Both the position numbers and the translations under genes were made by a program. Positions 17,121 through 26,277 of a stretch of DNA of 35,417 nt are shown here, one piece after another. The notes under the pieces were generated by a model. It saw only the letters and a list, made by a program, of their open reading frames with translations, had not been told where the DNA came from and made no database searches. Each line of letters begins with the position of its first letter. Position 1 is the stretch's first letter. Origin of the DNA: an uncultured Candidatus Bathyarchaeia archaeon (GTDB lineage: Archaea > Thermoproteota > Bathyarchaeia > RBG-16-48-13 > JAGMEO01); NCBI GenBank assembly GCA_964611975.1, contig CAZTBK010000004.1:319-35735 (forward strand), in the 5' to 3' direction.

Positions 17121-19235
17121 TCAGTACTTCACTTCGTAGACGAACACTATGCCGTTTGAAGATGTAAAGACTAGTTCAAAATGCTTTGGCGTGACTTGGC
17201 TTAATATGTCGTATACTGGAATTCTCTGTTGGTATAAGAAGCGTTGAACACGAGGGTCCAATAAGGATCCATAAATCATGAGCTTCGTGAGCACCTTATC
17301 GGCCTTAGGAATGTAAAATTCCCGAAATCCGAGCATCTCAGTAATCGACTTGTCTCTCAATTCCGTCGAATTCAATCCGGCTATCTCCGCCATCCAGTAC
17401 CACTTCACCTCGTCGCCATACAAGATGCTCTGCCTCAACATTAAGGAAAGGCGGATCGTGGTGAAGACGACAACATGTGTCGCGTTGTATCCTTTAAGGA
17501 TGGCTAGAGCTCGAGTTTCGTTCGACATGAACATGCGGCCGATCTGAGCGATCTGCGTGGTGTTTAACGTCCCATTATCTGCCAGCGTAGATCTGTTTGC
17601 CCCAACCGAAATCCAATATCCGTAGTCCCACCATGAGACAACGACGGCGTCGCTTGGGAGGTTCTCCCTCATCCAGATCAGAGCCTCCTGCCAATCGTCA
17701 AATTTCATACGCACAGGTATGGACGAAGACGCTATAGTGGTTGGCGTATTGCTACTTTCTACTCCCCTGACCAGAGTCAGCGATAGGAGCAAGAACAGAC
17801 AAACAGCGAAACTCAAGCTAAAACCTTTGCCAACAGGACGAACGGGTGCAAAACGTACCCTCCTCCTCACGAACCCCTTCCTCGTGGCTATATCTACAAA
17901 CGGTTTGAGAACCTCAACTGTAGTTAGGGAGCCTAACGCGCACAGTGCAGGGGCCAAGAGCACGGTTAATCGGATCATAGAACCAGCAAAATACAGGGAT
18001 GTAAGCGTATAAACGATTAAAAACACGTTGTGAATTGTCAACCTTCGAGAGGCAAAGTAGAACCCCAGTGGAGCCAAGAAGACGAGCGCACCGAACTGAT
18101 AATAAATTGCACCCCAAGTTGCTGGTCTGTGCTCTTGAACAGACTCTATGATCGGTAGCTCCAAGCGCTTAAAGGGGTTAAGAACTGATATGAACCTATC
18201 CGTTAGAAATGAAACGTAGTCGTATCGCCACAGCAGATACGCGATCAAACCCATCACTGCAAGCGAGCATAAGACGAAAGCCGTTTTAGATCGGTCAGTT
18301 TTGAGTGAGCGTGTTACCTCGAACACGCATAATAATAGAAATACGCCTCCTACGGCGACGACCTCAAATTCCGTTAGGAATGAGAGGCCAAGTTTCGGTA
18401 CGGAAGAAGCCATCAGGAGGCCTATGCCAAAAAGGATGCTATAGGATATGAGAAGTCGCCGAGAGTACCTCCTTAAAATTAGCAGGGCAAATGCAAATAA
18501 AGATAGAAGCCCAAATACATAACGAGAGGCCCCCCAAGAGGCACAGAGGTAGCCAAGGGAAAGGCCGGCGGCGACAGCGTAACCTATGCTGCTGATAGTT
18601 GACTTTCTCGGCTCTAACGAACGCAGGAAAAAGAGTTGTACGAGAAGCATGGCCAGGATGCCCACTGTTTCATCGTCATAGAACCCAAGCATAGTCCGGC
18701 CTATATATGCTGGGCTTACGGCAAGGAAGAGCGAAAAAAATAATCCTGCCTCCTTACCACCGATATCCTTCCCCAAAAAATACGCGATGACGCACGTTAT
18801 TGCGGCCATCACGACCGGGAAGAGGATGCAGACGTCGATCACCCTTACTGAGATGCCAAGCCCCGATGCCAAGAAATACAGAGCGGCCCCCGTGAACGGG
18901 ACTCCAGGAAAGGACGAATGCGGTATATCTCTCCCGTACGGATACCAATACTTCGTCCAATCGCTGCGCGGCGTCGTGAACCAGGCTAAAAATCCGTGTT
19001 CGGTGACGAACCTAGTCACGTCATAATGGAAATACGGATCGAATTCTGAGAGAGAGAAACCCCATCTCAGGGGGAGCAAACGAATTAGAACCGATAAAAC
19101 CACGATGGATGACACACATAAGAACCAGATGGCCCCTCCCCTAGAGACCTTCCTTCGAAGATACCTGATGCCTTGAGAAAAAAACGATGCGCCTTCGCCC
19201 AACTTCCTGCCGATCTTTTTGGGCATATCAAACAT
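17121..19235 (-). CDS. aglB: Oligosaccharyltransferase AglB (STT3 homologue)
   Basis: 704 aa with a multi-TM N-terminal half. Contains the WWDYGYWI signature (VVSWWDYGYWISV). Confidence 0.92.
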   Translation of the reverse strand: MFDMPKKIGRKLGEGASFFSQGIRYLRRKVSRGGAIWFLCVSSIVVLSVLIRLLPLRWGFSLSEFDPYFHYDVTRFVTEHGFLAWFTTPRSDWTKYWYPYGRDIPHSSFPGVPFTGAALYFLASGLGISVRVIDVCILFPVVMAAITCVIAYFLGKDIGGKEAGLFFSLFLAVSPAYIGRTMLGFYDDETVGILAMLLVQLFFLRSLEPRKSTISSIGYAVAAGLSLGYLCASWGASRYVFGLLSLFAFALLILRRYSRRLLISYSILFGIGLLMASSVPKLGLSFLTEFEVVAVGGVFLLLCVFEVTRSLKTDRSKTAFVLCSLAVMGLIAYLLWRYDYVSFLTDRFISVLNPFKRLELPIIESVQEHRPATWGAIYYQFGALVFLAPLGFYFASRRLTIHNVFLIVYTLTSLYFAGSMIRLTVLLAPALCALGSLTTVEVLKPFVDIATRKGFVRRRVRFAPVRPVGKGFSLSFAVCLFLLLSLTLVRGVESSNTPTTIASSSIPVRMKFDDWQEALIWMRENLPSDAVVVSWWDYGYWISVGANRSTLADNGTLNTTQIAQIGRMFMSNETRALAILKGYNATHVVVFTTIRLSLMLRQSILYGDEVKWYWMAEIAGLNSTELRDKSITEMLGFREFYIPKADKVLTKLMIYGSLLDPRVQRFLYQQRIPVYDILSQVTPKHFELVFTSSNGIVFVYEVKY

Positions 19236-19250
19236 CAGTTCATCTGCCCC

Positions 19251-19427
19251 TCAATGCGTGTACTTTTTATAAACTTTAATTTCTAGGTTTTCAGGGTCGA
19301 AGTGCAATTTGTTACCGCACCGTGGGCATCTTCCACCATACCTCCTGATGACGTCCTCAGGAGGTAGGAGTTCTAAACCGCTGTAAAGAACTTCGCCACA
19401 TTTTCTGCAGACGATTCGTTGAGGCAC
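19251..19427 (-). CDS. Small zinc-ribbon protein (CxxC..CxxC), function unknown
   Basis: The track ORF extends to 19508, but that extension covers a TATA-like TTTTATATTT. GTG at 19427 is preceded by AGGGGGG and gives a 58-aa protein: VPQRIVCRKCGEVLYSGLELLPPEDVIRRYGGRCPRCGNKL. Confidence 0.5.
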   Translation of the reverse strand: MPQRIVCRKCGEVLYSGLELLPPEDVIRRYGGRCPRCGNKLHFDPENLEIKVYKKYTH

Positions 19428-19607
19428 TGAGCGCCCCCCTAATATGATGGGGTAAATTGACGTATTAACGTTTAACTCCGTGTGATAGGGAAATATAAAA
19501 CTTATCATTCAGACAGGGAACCTTTAAATTGTATTTAAGTATAAAAGAGGATGAGGGCATTAGTTAAGGAGATCTAAAGATTACCTGGATGAACTTAAGA
19601 AAAGTGA

Positions 19608-20024
19608 ATGTGCATGGTTGCGCCTGTTAAAAGGATCGTCAGGAAATTGAGGGAGAGGATCCCCCCTCACATTTCAATAAGACCCCCGATCGCATTTACG
19701 ATCGCTCTTCTGACTCTGGTATCCATTTTCCTCCTCGCTGGTGGGGTTTACAACATAATGATGAAGCCGCTGGTCTTGCTCCCGCGCGCGAGCGGCTTCC
19801 CGATATTTTATTATTATGGGCTGCATGAGCAGACTTGGTTTGAAAGCTTAGCTGCAATCATCCTGCTCATAATAGGGATGGCCGGGATGTTTGTCTCCTA
19901 TAAGAGCACGCGTTATGCCTATAAACCTAGGCAAGCAACGACGTTGCTCTTGATAGGAGTGGCCCTGCTCCTCATATCCTTCGTCGGCTGCGAGTACATA
20001 ATTATGCTAAAAAGAGGCATCTGA
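19608..20024 (+). CDS. Small membrane protein with 3 predicted TM helices
   Basis: 138 aa. Basic N-terminus followed by three hydrophobic segments. Function unknown. Confidence 0.55.
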   Translation: MCMVAPVKRIVRKLRERIPPHISIRPPIAFTIALLTLVSIFLLAGGVYNIMMKPLVLLPRASGFPIFYYYGLHEQTWFESLAAIILLIIGMAGMFVSYKSTRYAYKPRQATTLLLIGVALLLISFVGCEYIIMLKRGI

Positions 20025-20507
20025 TCACCAAGGTCTGCTCTTTATTTTGAGGAGGTAGGCCATAATGTTTGTGAAGACATGTAGTATAAGGGTTATAAGA
20101 ATTACAGATCCTATCGTCATAACATCATACGAGTAAAAGCGTGAGCTTATGATAATGGCACCAGCGATAAAGTCCAACTGATCAAGGATTGGAAGAGGCG
20201 CGCCTGGTGCCAGACCTATTCTCCTTTTGATAAACGCCCCTGTCAGATCTCCTGCTAAAGCGCCTAGAGACAGGAGGAAACCATGTAAGGCCTCCTTTTT
20301 CATGGCACCTACGATCGTTCCAAAGGCTAACCCAGCCATAAACCCCCTTATCGTTTTGTTATCACCAAACACTCTGCGCCCATCAATAAATTTGTGACTT
20401 AGATCTATGGGTGTACCTCCGCCGAATACAGTCGGCGTTGCATTAGCAAAATATGCTGGAAGAAAATGGTAAAAAACGCGCATCCATTCGTAAAGGATCC
20501 CATGCAT
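20025..20507 (-). CDS. carS: CDP-archaeol synthase
   Basis: PIDLSHKFIDGRRVFGDNKTIRGF and GDLTGAFIKRRIG motifs, 160 aa, multi-TM. Confidence 0.82.
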   Translation of the reverse strand: MHGILYEWMRVFYHFLPAYFANATPTVFGGGTPIDLSHKFIDGRRVFGDNKTIRGFMAGLAFGTIVGAMKKEALHGFLLSLGALAGDLTGAFIKRRIGLAPGAPLPILDQLDFIAGAIIISSRFYSYDVMTIGSVILITLILHVFTNIMAYLLKIKSRPW

Positions 20508-20569
20508 CTTACGCTTTAAAGCCCCTTGATATTTATTTTTTTATGATATAAAAATTGGATGAAAAATCA

Positions 20570-21288
20570 TCATCCGACGCCCATTAAGCCACAATCAGTT
20601 AATTTGAACAGGACATGGGCATCTGCGCATCTAAATCCTAGATGCCTTTCTATGAGCGCCTCCCGGATACCGGGCCTCTGGGAGCTCTTAAGGCGCATTA
20701 TGCTTTGAGACCAGAACTTCAGGACCCTTTCAGCTACGGGCTCTATTCTTCTAACGCCTATCTCATTTAGCACGCTGTGCACCTGACTAGTGAGGAGCAG
20801 GGCGACGCCTCTGTCTTTAGCTATCTTGACCAAGTAGGCGAGTTGCCTGTTAAGCCCTCGATTCAGGGCGAACGTTTCTTCCAAGCCCCCCAACTCAACT
20901 CTATAGAGGGACGTTATAGTGTCGACCACTATCAATGCCACCTTTTTTGATACGAAGTTCTCCAGATTTTCGATGAGGATACACTGCTCTTGAAAGCTCC
21001 TAGGTTTGAAGAGGATGATCGATTGGGCGACGGAGTCTACATCACGTCCAGCCATTTGAGATAATCTTATGGTAGAAAAGCCATCATCTGCGTCTATGAA
21101 CAACGTCTTCATCCCCATCCTAGCGCAGGTAATTGAGCACTGCATGGCTAGCGTGGTTTTTCCCGTTTTAAATGGTCCATAAACGAGGGTGGCGCTCCCC
21201 CTCGGAATCCCCCCCTTTAGTGCCTCATCGATCGAGCTGCAGTTTGTCGGTATGCGATCGATTTGGATCTCCTTTAACGTCCCTCTCC
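20570..21288 (-). pseudogene. radB: RadB-like RecA-family ATPase with an apparent frame disruption in a homopolymer (or a sequencing error)
   Basis: The track ORF (20570-21145) starts at a Met inside the P-loop helix. Upstream in the same frame lies GIPRGSATLVYGPFKTGKTTLA (Walker A), which is preceded by a stop. The expected N-terminus IPTNCSSIDEALKGG is in a different frame. The two frames meet at the C6 run 21209-21214. Confidence 0.75.
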
Positions 21289-21441
21289 CTCAAAAACCCT
21301 ATATACGGACTTTAATATTAATTTGACTCCACGTCGTATTGAAGCGCGTATGAACGATGGGATGAAATGAGATGAGGCCCCAGTAAAATTAAGGATCCCC
21401 CCAAAGTTCACGCGACAACAAAAGGAGTGCGGTAATTAATT

Positions 21442-22095
21442 ATGTTCGGCTTCGTTGCTGTTGTAACCGCTTCTGGAAAGGCGTATTATAGACTGGCCAA
21501 TGAATTGAAAAGGGAGGGCGTCCCCTTTCTGAGCTTAAAACCTGGGGAGACGATTCCACCATCTGTGAAAGTTGTGATCACCACAAGTGGAGAGAAAAAC
21601 AGGGTTCATTTCCCTAAAGTTTTAGTATATGATGATAAAGATCCTGTAAGCAGTGTAGAGAAAGCGCTCCAGCTGCTCAGCGGCAAATCAATATATGATC
21701 AGATAGTTATAGGTGTTGATCCAGGAAAGACATTCGGCATAGTCGTGGTAGGGGACGGTAACGTATTAAGATCTATGAGCGCCTTCGACGCTAGGGAGGC
21801 AGCTCAGAAAATACTGCTGGCTTTGAACACAATGAATGCTCATAGGAAGAAAATAAGGATCGGTGATGGTGCTAAGGAGTACCAACTAAAGTTGGTTAAG
21901 CTCCTAGATGGGAAGCTCCCACCAGAGATAACATTGGAGTCGGTGAACGAGAAGGGGACAACGAAGACCCATGGTGCCCTCTTAATGAAGTATCCACATG
22001 CCCCTCGTGACATCAGGTCAGCTATAAGGATCTCAATGCGAAGGGGGCATGAGATTCGAAGGGAAGGTCATGAACAGGCTCGTGGGAAAAAATAA
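21442..22095 (+). CDS. Uncharacterised protein with a YqgF/RuvX-like RNase H-fold domain
   Basis: IVIGVDPGKTFGIVVVGDG resembles the first-strand Asp motif (compare LAFDFGTKSIGVAV). ESVNEKGTT resembles the DERLST motif of YqgF. The 3' end overlaps the Clp1-like gene. Confidence 0.5.
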   Translation: MFGFVAVVTASGKAYYRLANELKREGVPFLSLKPGETIPPSVKVVITTSGEKNRVHFPKVLVYDDKDPVSSVEKALQLLSGKSIYDQIVIGVDPGKTFGIVVVGDGNVLRSMSAFDAREAAQKILLALNTMNAHRKKIRIGDGAKEYQLKLVKLLDGKLPPEITLESVNEKGTTKTHGALLMKYPHAPRDIRSAIRISMRRGHEIRREGHEQARGKK

Positions 22096-23383
22096 AACGA
22101 TTTTGGTCAGCGGCCCGTCGTCAGTTAGGCTTTTGAAGGGCGAGGTTAGCGTTCTTGGGGCCAAGCTGTCTATTGGAGATAGGGTCATCGTGAGAAGGGG
22201 AAAGACCCTTCCGTTTGAAGCGAGATCCCCCTCCATCCTTGAAATCGTTAACGGTGGTGGGACCGATATCGAAGAGGTGGATGGTAGCACTATTCCCGTT
22301 CCTTGGAGGAGGGCGGTAAGGGAATTACTATCGTCATCCAAGCCCTGTACCGTCATAGTTCTTGGTGGTGTGGACTGCGGTAAAACTTCCTTTTGCACGT
22401 TCATGATAAATAAGGCGCTATCATCGGCGCTCAAACCATTGATCATAGATGCCGACCTTGGTCAGTCAGACCTAGGGCCACCTGCAACGATAGGGCTAGG
22501 GGTAGTTAAGAGACCCGTCGCCGACCTCTTTTTCATAAGAGCTACGGCGACCTTTTTTATAGGAAATACCAGCCCAAGAGGCGTGAAGGATGCGTTGATT
22601 TTCGGGCTGACCAAGTTGAAGGAGAGAGCTTTGGAAACAAACCCAGAAATTATTGTGATAAACACCGATGGTTGGGTTTATGGGGATGAGGCTAGAGAGT
22701 ACAAAGTCAGAATGATAAAAAGCATCCTGCCAGACGCTATCGTTGCTTTACAATACAATGATGAACTGGAGGGCATACTCTCCTCTATTGAGGGGGGCAG
22801 GACTACGTGTTTTAGATTGCCCCCCTCACCCTCGGCGAGGAAGCGAAGCAAAGAGGATAGAAAAATATTGCGAGAGCAGGGCTATAGGAAGCTTTTAAAG
22901 TCCTCGATTTTAAGGCGCCTCCCTATAAACTGGGTAAAGCTCGAAAACACGCCCCTCAGCCTTAAAAGCGCGTCCAATGAAAGGAAGTTGAAGCTCAGCC
23001 AAATCCTAGGGCAAAGCGTCCTATACTGTGGAGAGGGTTCAGATACTGTCTTCGTTTTTTTAAAAAAAGGAGAGGTTATCGATGATGAAAGGATTAAGCG
23101 CATCGAAAGAGTTTTTCATAAAAAGCTTCAGATTATGAATAAAGGCGACGAGAAAGGGCTGCTAGTTGGCTTGCTGAGTGATGACAGGGACTTTTTGGGT
23201 CTAGGTGTAATTCAAGGGATAGATTACGAAAAGGGGGTCTTAAAATTATATACTCCATATAGGGGGAAGGTAGGGATCGTTCAGTTCGGTCAAGTAAAAG
23301 TAGACCGCTACGGTAAGGAGCTCGGAATTGTGGCGGCTCCTATGAGGCCGATTACAACCCCTCATAAACTTAATGACCGCTAG
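22049..23383 (+). CDS. Clp1/Grc3-family polynucleotide 5'-hydroxyl kinase
   Basis: P-loop VLGGVDCGKTSF, family-typical IIDADLGQSDLGPPATIG, and INTDGW. An alternative start exists at ATG 22070. Confidence 0.82.
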   Translation: MRFEGKVMNRLVGKNKTILVSGPSSVRLLKGEVSVLGAKLSIGDRVIVRRGKTLPFEARSPSILEIVNGGGTDIEEVDGSTIPVPWRRAVRELLSSSKPCTVIVLGGVDCGKTSFCTFMINKALSSALKPLIIDADLGQSDLGPPATIGLGVVKRPVADLFFIRATATFFIGNTSPRGVKDALIFGLTKLKERALETNPEIIVINTDGWVYGDEAREYKVRMIKSILPDAIVALQYNDELEGILSSIEGGRTTCFRLPPSPSARKRSKEDRKILREQGYRKLLKSSILRRLPINWVKLENTPLSLKSASNERKLKLSQILGQSVLYCGEGSDTVFVFLKKGEVIDDERIKRIERVFHKKLQIMNKGDEKGLLVGLLSDDRDFLGLGVIQGIDYEKGVLKLYTPYRGKVGIVQFGQVKVDRYGKELGIVAAPMRPITTPHKLNDR

Positions 23384-23476
23384 TGAGTGCACGTTCCATG
23401 TGTCCTCTTCCAACCCCTCGTATCTTCTTCCTAATACTAGCGCAATAATTACGCATAATACGGATCCTATACGATC

Positions 23477-24151
23477 CTATCTGCCACTTTTAGATGCGCT
23501 ACCAGACGGGCAGAGATCGAGAAGCGGGCAGCTCCCGCAGAGCGGTCGTCTCGATCTACAGAACACCCTTCCGAGCGAAATTAGCAAAAGGTGGAGCGTT
23601 AGGTATTCGTTTGATCGATAAATTTCTTGTAAAGATCGGCGGACACCCTCATAATCAGCATCTCTAGGAGATAGACCTAGCCTTTTGGATACCCTGAACA
23701 CGTGCGTATCTACGGGGATCGTCGGTTTGTTTCCGCAGAACAAGAGGAGGACATCCGCCGTTTTTGGTCCGATCCCTGGCAAACTTAGCAGGGTTTTCCT
23801 CGCTTGGCCTAGGGGGAGTTTTAAAATCCCCTCCAGATCTCCGTTAAACCTCTCCATGATCGACCTCGCTAGATGTTTGATGACCTTAGATTTGTTGCGA
23901 TACAACCCGGCAACCCTTATCGCTCTTCTGATCTCCCCCTCGTCTGCCTCAGCCAACGATTTTGGGGTTATGGGAAGAGTACGAGAAAGATTTTGGAACG
24001 CCCGCCTCGTGTTTTTATCATTCGTGTTCTGAGACAGAACGGTGAGTATGAGGGTTCGAAATGGGTTCGATCTTTCCGGAAGCTCTGGTATGGGAAAGCT
24101 CTCTTTAAGCCTTCTCAAGATTAGGGCAGCCCTCTCGTCCCTCATACTCAC
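23477..24151 (-). CDS. nth: Endonuclease III (HhH-GPD glycosylase with 4Fe-4S cluster)
   Basis: LLSLPGIGPKTADVLLLF, VDTHVFRV, and C-terminal CRSRRPLCGSCPLLDLC. Confidence 0.9.
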   Translation of the reverse strand: MSMRDERAALILRRLKESFPIPELPERSNPFRTLILTVLSQNTNDKNTRRAFQNLSRTLPITPKSLAEADEGEIRRAIRVAGLYRNKSKVIKHLARSIMERFNGDLEGILKLPLGQARKTLLSLPGIGPKTADVLLLFCGNKPTIPVDTHVFRVSKRLGLSPRDADYEGVRRSLQEIYRSNEYLTLHLLLISLGRVFCRSRRPLCGSCPLLDLCPSGSASKSGR

Positions 24152-24199
24152 GCACAGTCCCTTCAGGTGCCGTTTTAAGCCTCAATAAGGAAAGATATA

Positions 24200-24583
24200 T
24201 TGGGGATTGAAATGTCTTACCCAAGGACCTTAAGCGAGGGGATAGAAGAGGGCGATTATAACTTTACGGTGTTCCTTTTTGAGGTGGAAAACGCTGCGAT
24301 AGTGCTATTCAACGAAAATGGGTATATGCGCTTAGGAACCCTCGCTGTGGCTATGCCTCATTTTAAGGGAGGTCCTAGCATCTCCTCTGCGATCTTAGGT
24401 GAAAGAAATGTGGTTATTACCAAAATATTGGCTGAGCGCCTCTCAGTCCATTTTAACAAAATAGTCCTCGTCTCAACTCATCTAAAGGAGATCAGGGAAA
24501 ACATGGCAAGATCTGCTTTAATGAGATTGACAAAGAGGCTGCTTGATAAGATTAAGAAAATTGATGAAGAATCTAACTTGTAG
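24200..24583 (+). CDS. Small conserved-looking hypothetical protein
   Basis: 127-aa ORF (TTG at 24200 or ATG at 24212) with coding-like composition. Its 3' end overlaps the convergent AcnX gene by 11 nt. No motif I can name with confidence. Confidence 0.55.
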   Translation: MGIEMSYPRTLSEGIEEGDYNFTVFLFEVENAAIVLFNENGYMRLGTLAVAMPHFKGGPSISSAILGERNVVITKILAERLSVHFNKIVLVSTHLKEIRENMARSALMRLTKRLLDKIKKIDEESNL

Positions 24584-25793
24584 TGCAGATTTCAATGCAT
24601 TTACGAAGGGGCACCATGCCCGATTTACATTTGCCCCTTGTTATCCTCGGAACATAGAAGGCTGCTTTAGCAGAGTTTGTGTACACGCATCTAAATCCCA
24701 TCTCCTCAATTGGAGCTACGACCATGCATGTATTCAAGAAAACATCCCCCCCGGCCGACTTTATTCTGTTCACGTATCCGGATTTTTTTGCCTCTCTGAA
24801 AACTTCCGGTGAAGTGAAGACCCAAAATTTGACACCCTTTTTAACCCTCCTTCCAGAGAGCAATTCCGCGGCCCTTTTTAGCTCTTGAATAGAAGAATGT
24901 GGGCACCCTATCGCAACTAGATCAGGCTCCTCATCCGTCGACAGCTCGTCATAGACGGATTCTATATCCCTCCTTGTCACCTCTATCGTGTATTCTGCCT
25001 CTCCTCCTCCAAAGGCGTCTTTGACGTTCTTAGCCTCAGGCGTTAGCCCTAGTATGTGGAAAAGGGCTACTGAGCCTGAGGCTGCTGAAGCAGCGCCTAA
25101 GAGCATGACCTCATTTAAAGAAGCGTTCCTTATTCCATCATACACGGGAACCTCGTCTATTTTAACTTCTCTGCCAACATAATACCCCAAAGCGGAGTAG
25201 TCCGCCTCACTATTAGGTTTAAAATCGACCTTTACGTGGACGTTCCCTATCCTATTTTCATCGATCAGATAACCCATCAACGGGACTTTGCCGATCATCG
25301 CAGCTGATAAGGCGTCTAACCCCCCGTGTCTGTTCGTCCTCGCCCCGATCACTGAGTTAACGAAGGCGACGGCTGATGACTCTGAGAAACCAACCATCTC
25401 ACCGAATTCAGGCTTGTTCCCTGAAAGATACGGTGTACATGTGCACGTGGCTCTCACTCCTAATTTTTCATATGCCCTACAGAGCCTTAGTTGTTTTTCA
25501 GCGAACTCATCTGGTATTCCCATCTCTCTCCATCTCTCGAGGTCCATCCCAGCAGGATTTTGGGTCGCCTTTGTCCTCACCTTGACATTCTCCTTGGCGA
25601 GTTCCTCTACCAGATGGAGAGTAGGACCTCCAGCTGTTTTATATGATACCCCAGCTATTTGCGACCTCTTAATCGGGACAAGCCTCTCGGCATCGTTCAG
25701 GTCACCGATCGTGGTTAACAACCTCATCGCTCTTTCTAGAGCCCACCCCCCCTCCCCATCAAGTATTTTCTCTTCCTCTTTGGAAAGGAACAT
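24573..25793 (-). CDS. Aconitase X catalytic subunit (DUF521), likely phosphomevalonate dehydratase large subunit
   Basis: CTCTPYL, GFSESSAVAFVNSVIGARTNRHGG, and 406 aa are typical of AcnX. It is paired with a DUF126 gene and has a UbiD gene nearby. Confidence 0.85.
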   Translation of the reverse strand: MFLSKEEEKILDGEGGWALERAMRLLTTIGDLNDAERLVPIKRSQIAGVSYKTAGGPTLHLVEELAKENVKVRTKATQNPAGMDLERWREMGIPDEFAEKQLRLCRAYEKLGVRATCTCTPYLSGNKPEFGEMVGFSESSAVAFVNSVIGARTNRHGGLDALSAAMIGKVPLMGYLIDENRIGNVHVKVDFKPNSEADYSALGYYVGREVKIDEVPVYDGIRNASLNEVMLLGAASAASGSVALFHILGLTPEAKNVKDAFGGGEAEYTIEVTRRDIESVYDELSTDEEPDLVAIGCPHSSIQELKRAAELLSGRRVKKGVKFWVFTSPEVFREAKKSGYVNRIKSAGGDVFLNTCMVVAPIEEMGFRCVYTNSAKAAFYVPRITRGKCKSGMVPLRKCIEICTTS

Positions 25794-26212
25794 CAGACCC
25801 TGCTGACCTCCTCTACATAGGCTACGTTACCCTTGATATATGCCTCTACCTCATCTCCGTTTTTTAGGAAATCGAAAATTCTCTCATCGATGTTCGAGAT
25901 CATCGGGACCTCGCCGAATACTGCTCCTGAAACGGTTATGAGATCTGCCCTGCGCGTGACGATCAGTTTCGGCGCCAGCCCCCTTTTAGATAAACCATAT
26001 ATGATATTGGACCCGACAGTGCTCCCCCTTCCCTCTTGAAATATGAAGATCTTGGATGACACACTCTTCCCCCTTATATCTAAATCTGCTCCAACGATCC
26101 GTCCCGTGTTAAGGTCCACATCGCCAAGGAACGATATTTTTGACTTGGTTATCAGGACTTCCCCCCGAATTCCTCCGCTCCATCTCTGAATGACCCTTCC
26201 TTTGAAGATCAT
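25793..26212 (-). CDS. Aconitase X swivel-domain subunit (DUF126), phosphomevalonate dehydratase small subunit
   Basis: GEVLITKSKISFLGDVDLNTGRIV..IFQEGRGSTVGSNIIYGL. It overlaps the large-subunit start by 1 nt. Confidence 0.82.
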   Translation of the reverse strand: MIFKGRVIQRWSGGIRGEVLITKSKISFLGDVDLNTGRIVGADLDIRGKSVSSKIFIFQEGRGSTVGSNIIYGLSKRGLAPKLIVTRRADLITVSGAVFGEVPMISNIDERIFDFLKNGDEVEAYIKGNVAYVEEVSRV

Positions 26213-26277
26213 GGCCCCAACCCCCTTCTTAAAAGATTTAAGGGTTCTGTAGGAGTATAAAGATTGAGACGGGCCAT

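Noticed and set aside
19428-19508. N-terminal 27-aa extension of the zinc-ribbon ORF (MISFIFPYHTELNVNTSIYPIILGGRS)
   Set aside because: The extension covers a TATA-like TTTTATATTT element and has non-coding character. GTG at 19427 has a G-rich ribosome-binding sequence just upstream.
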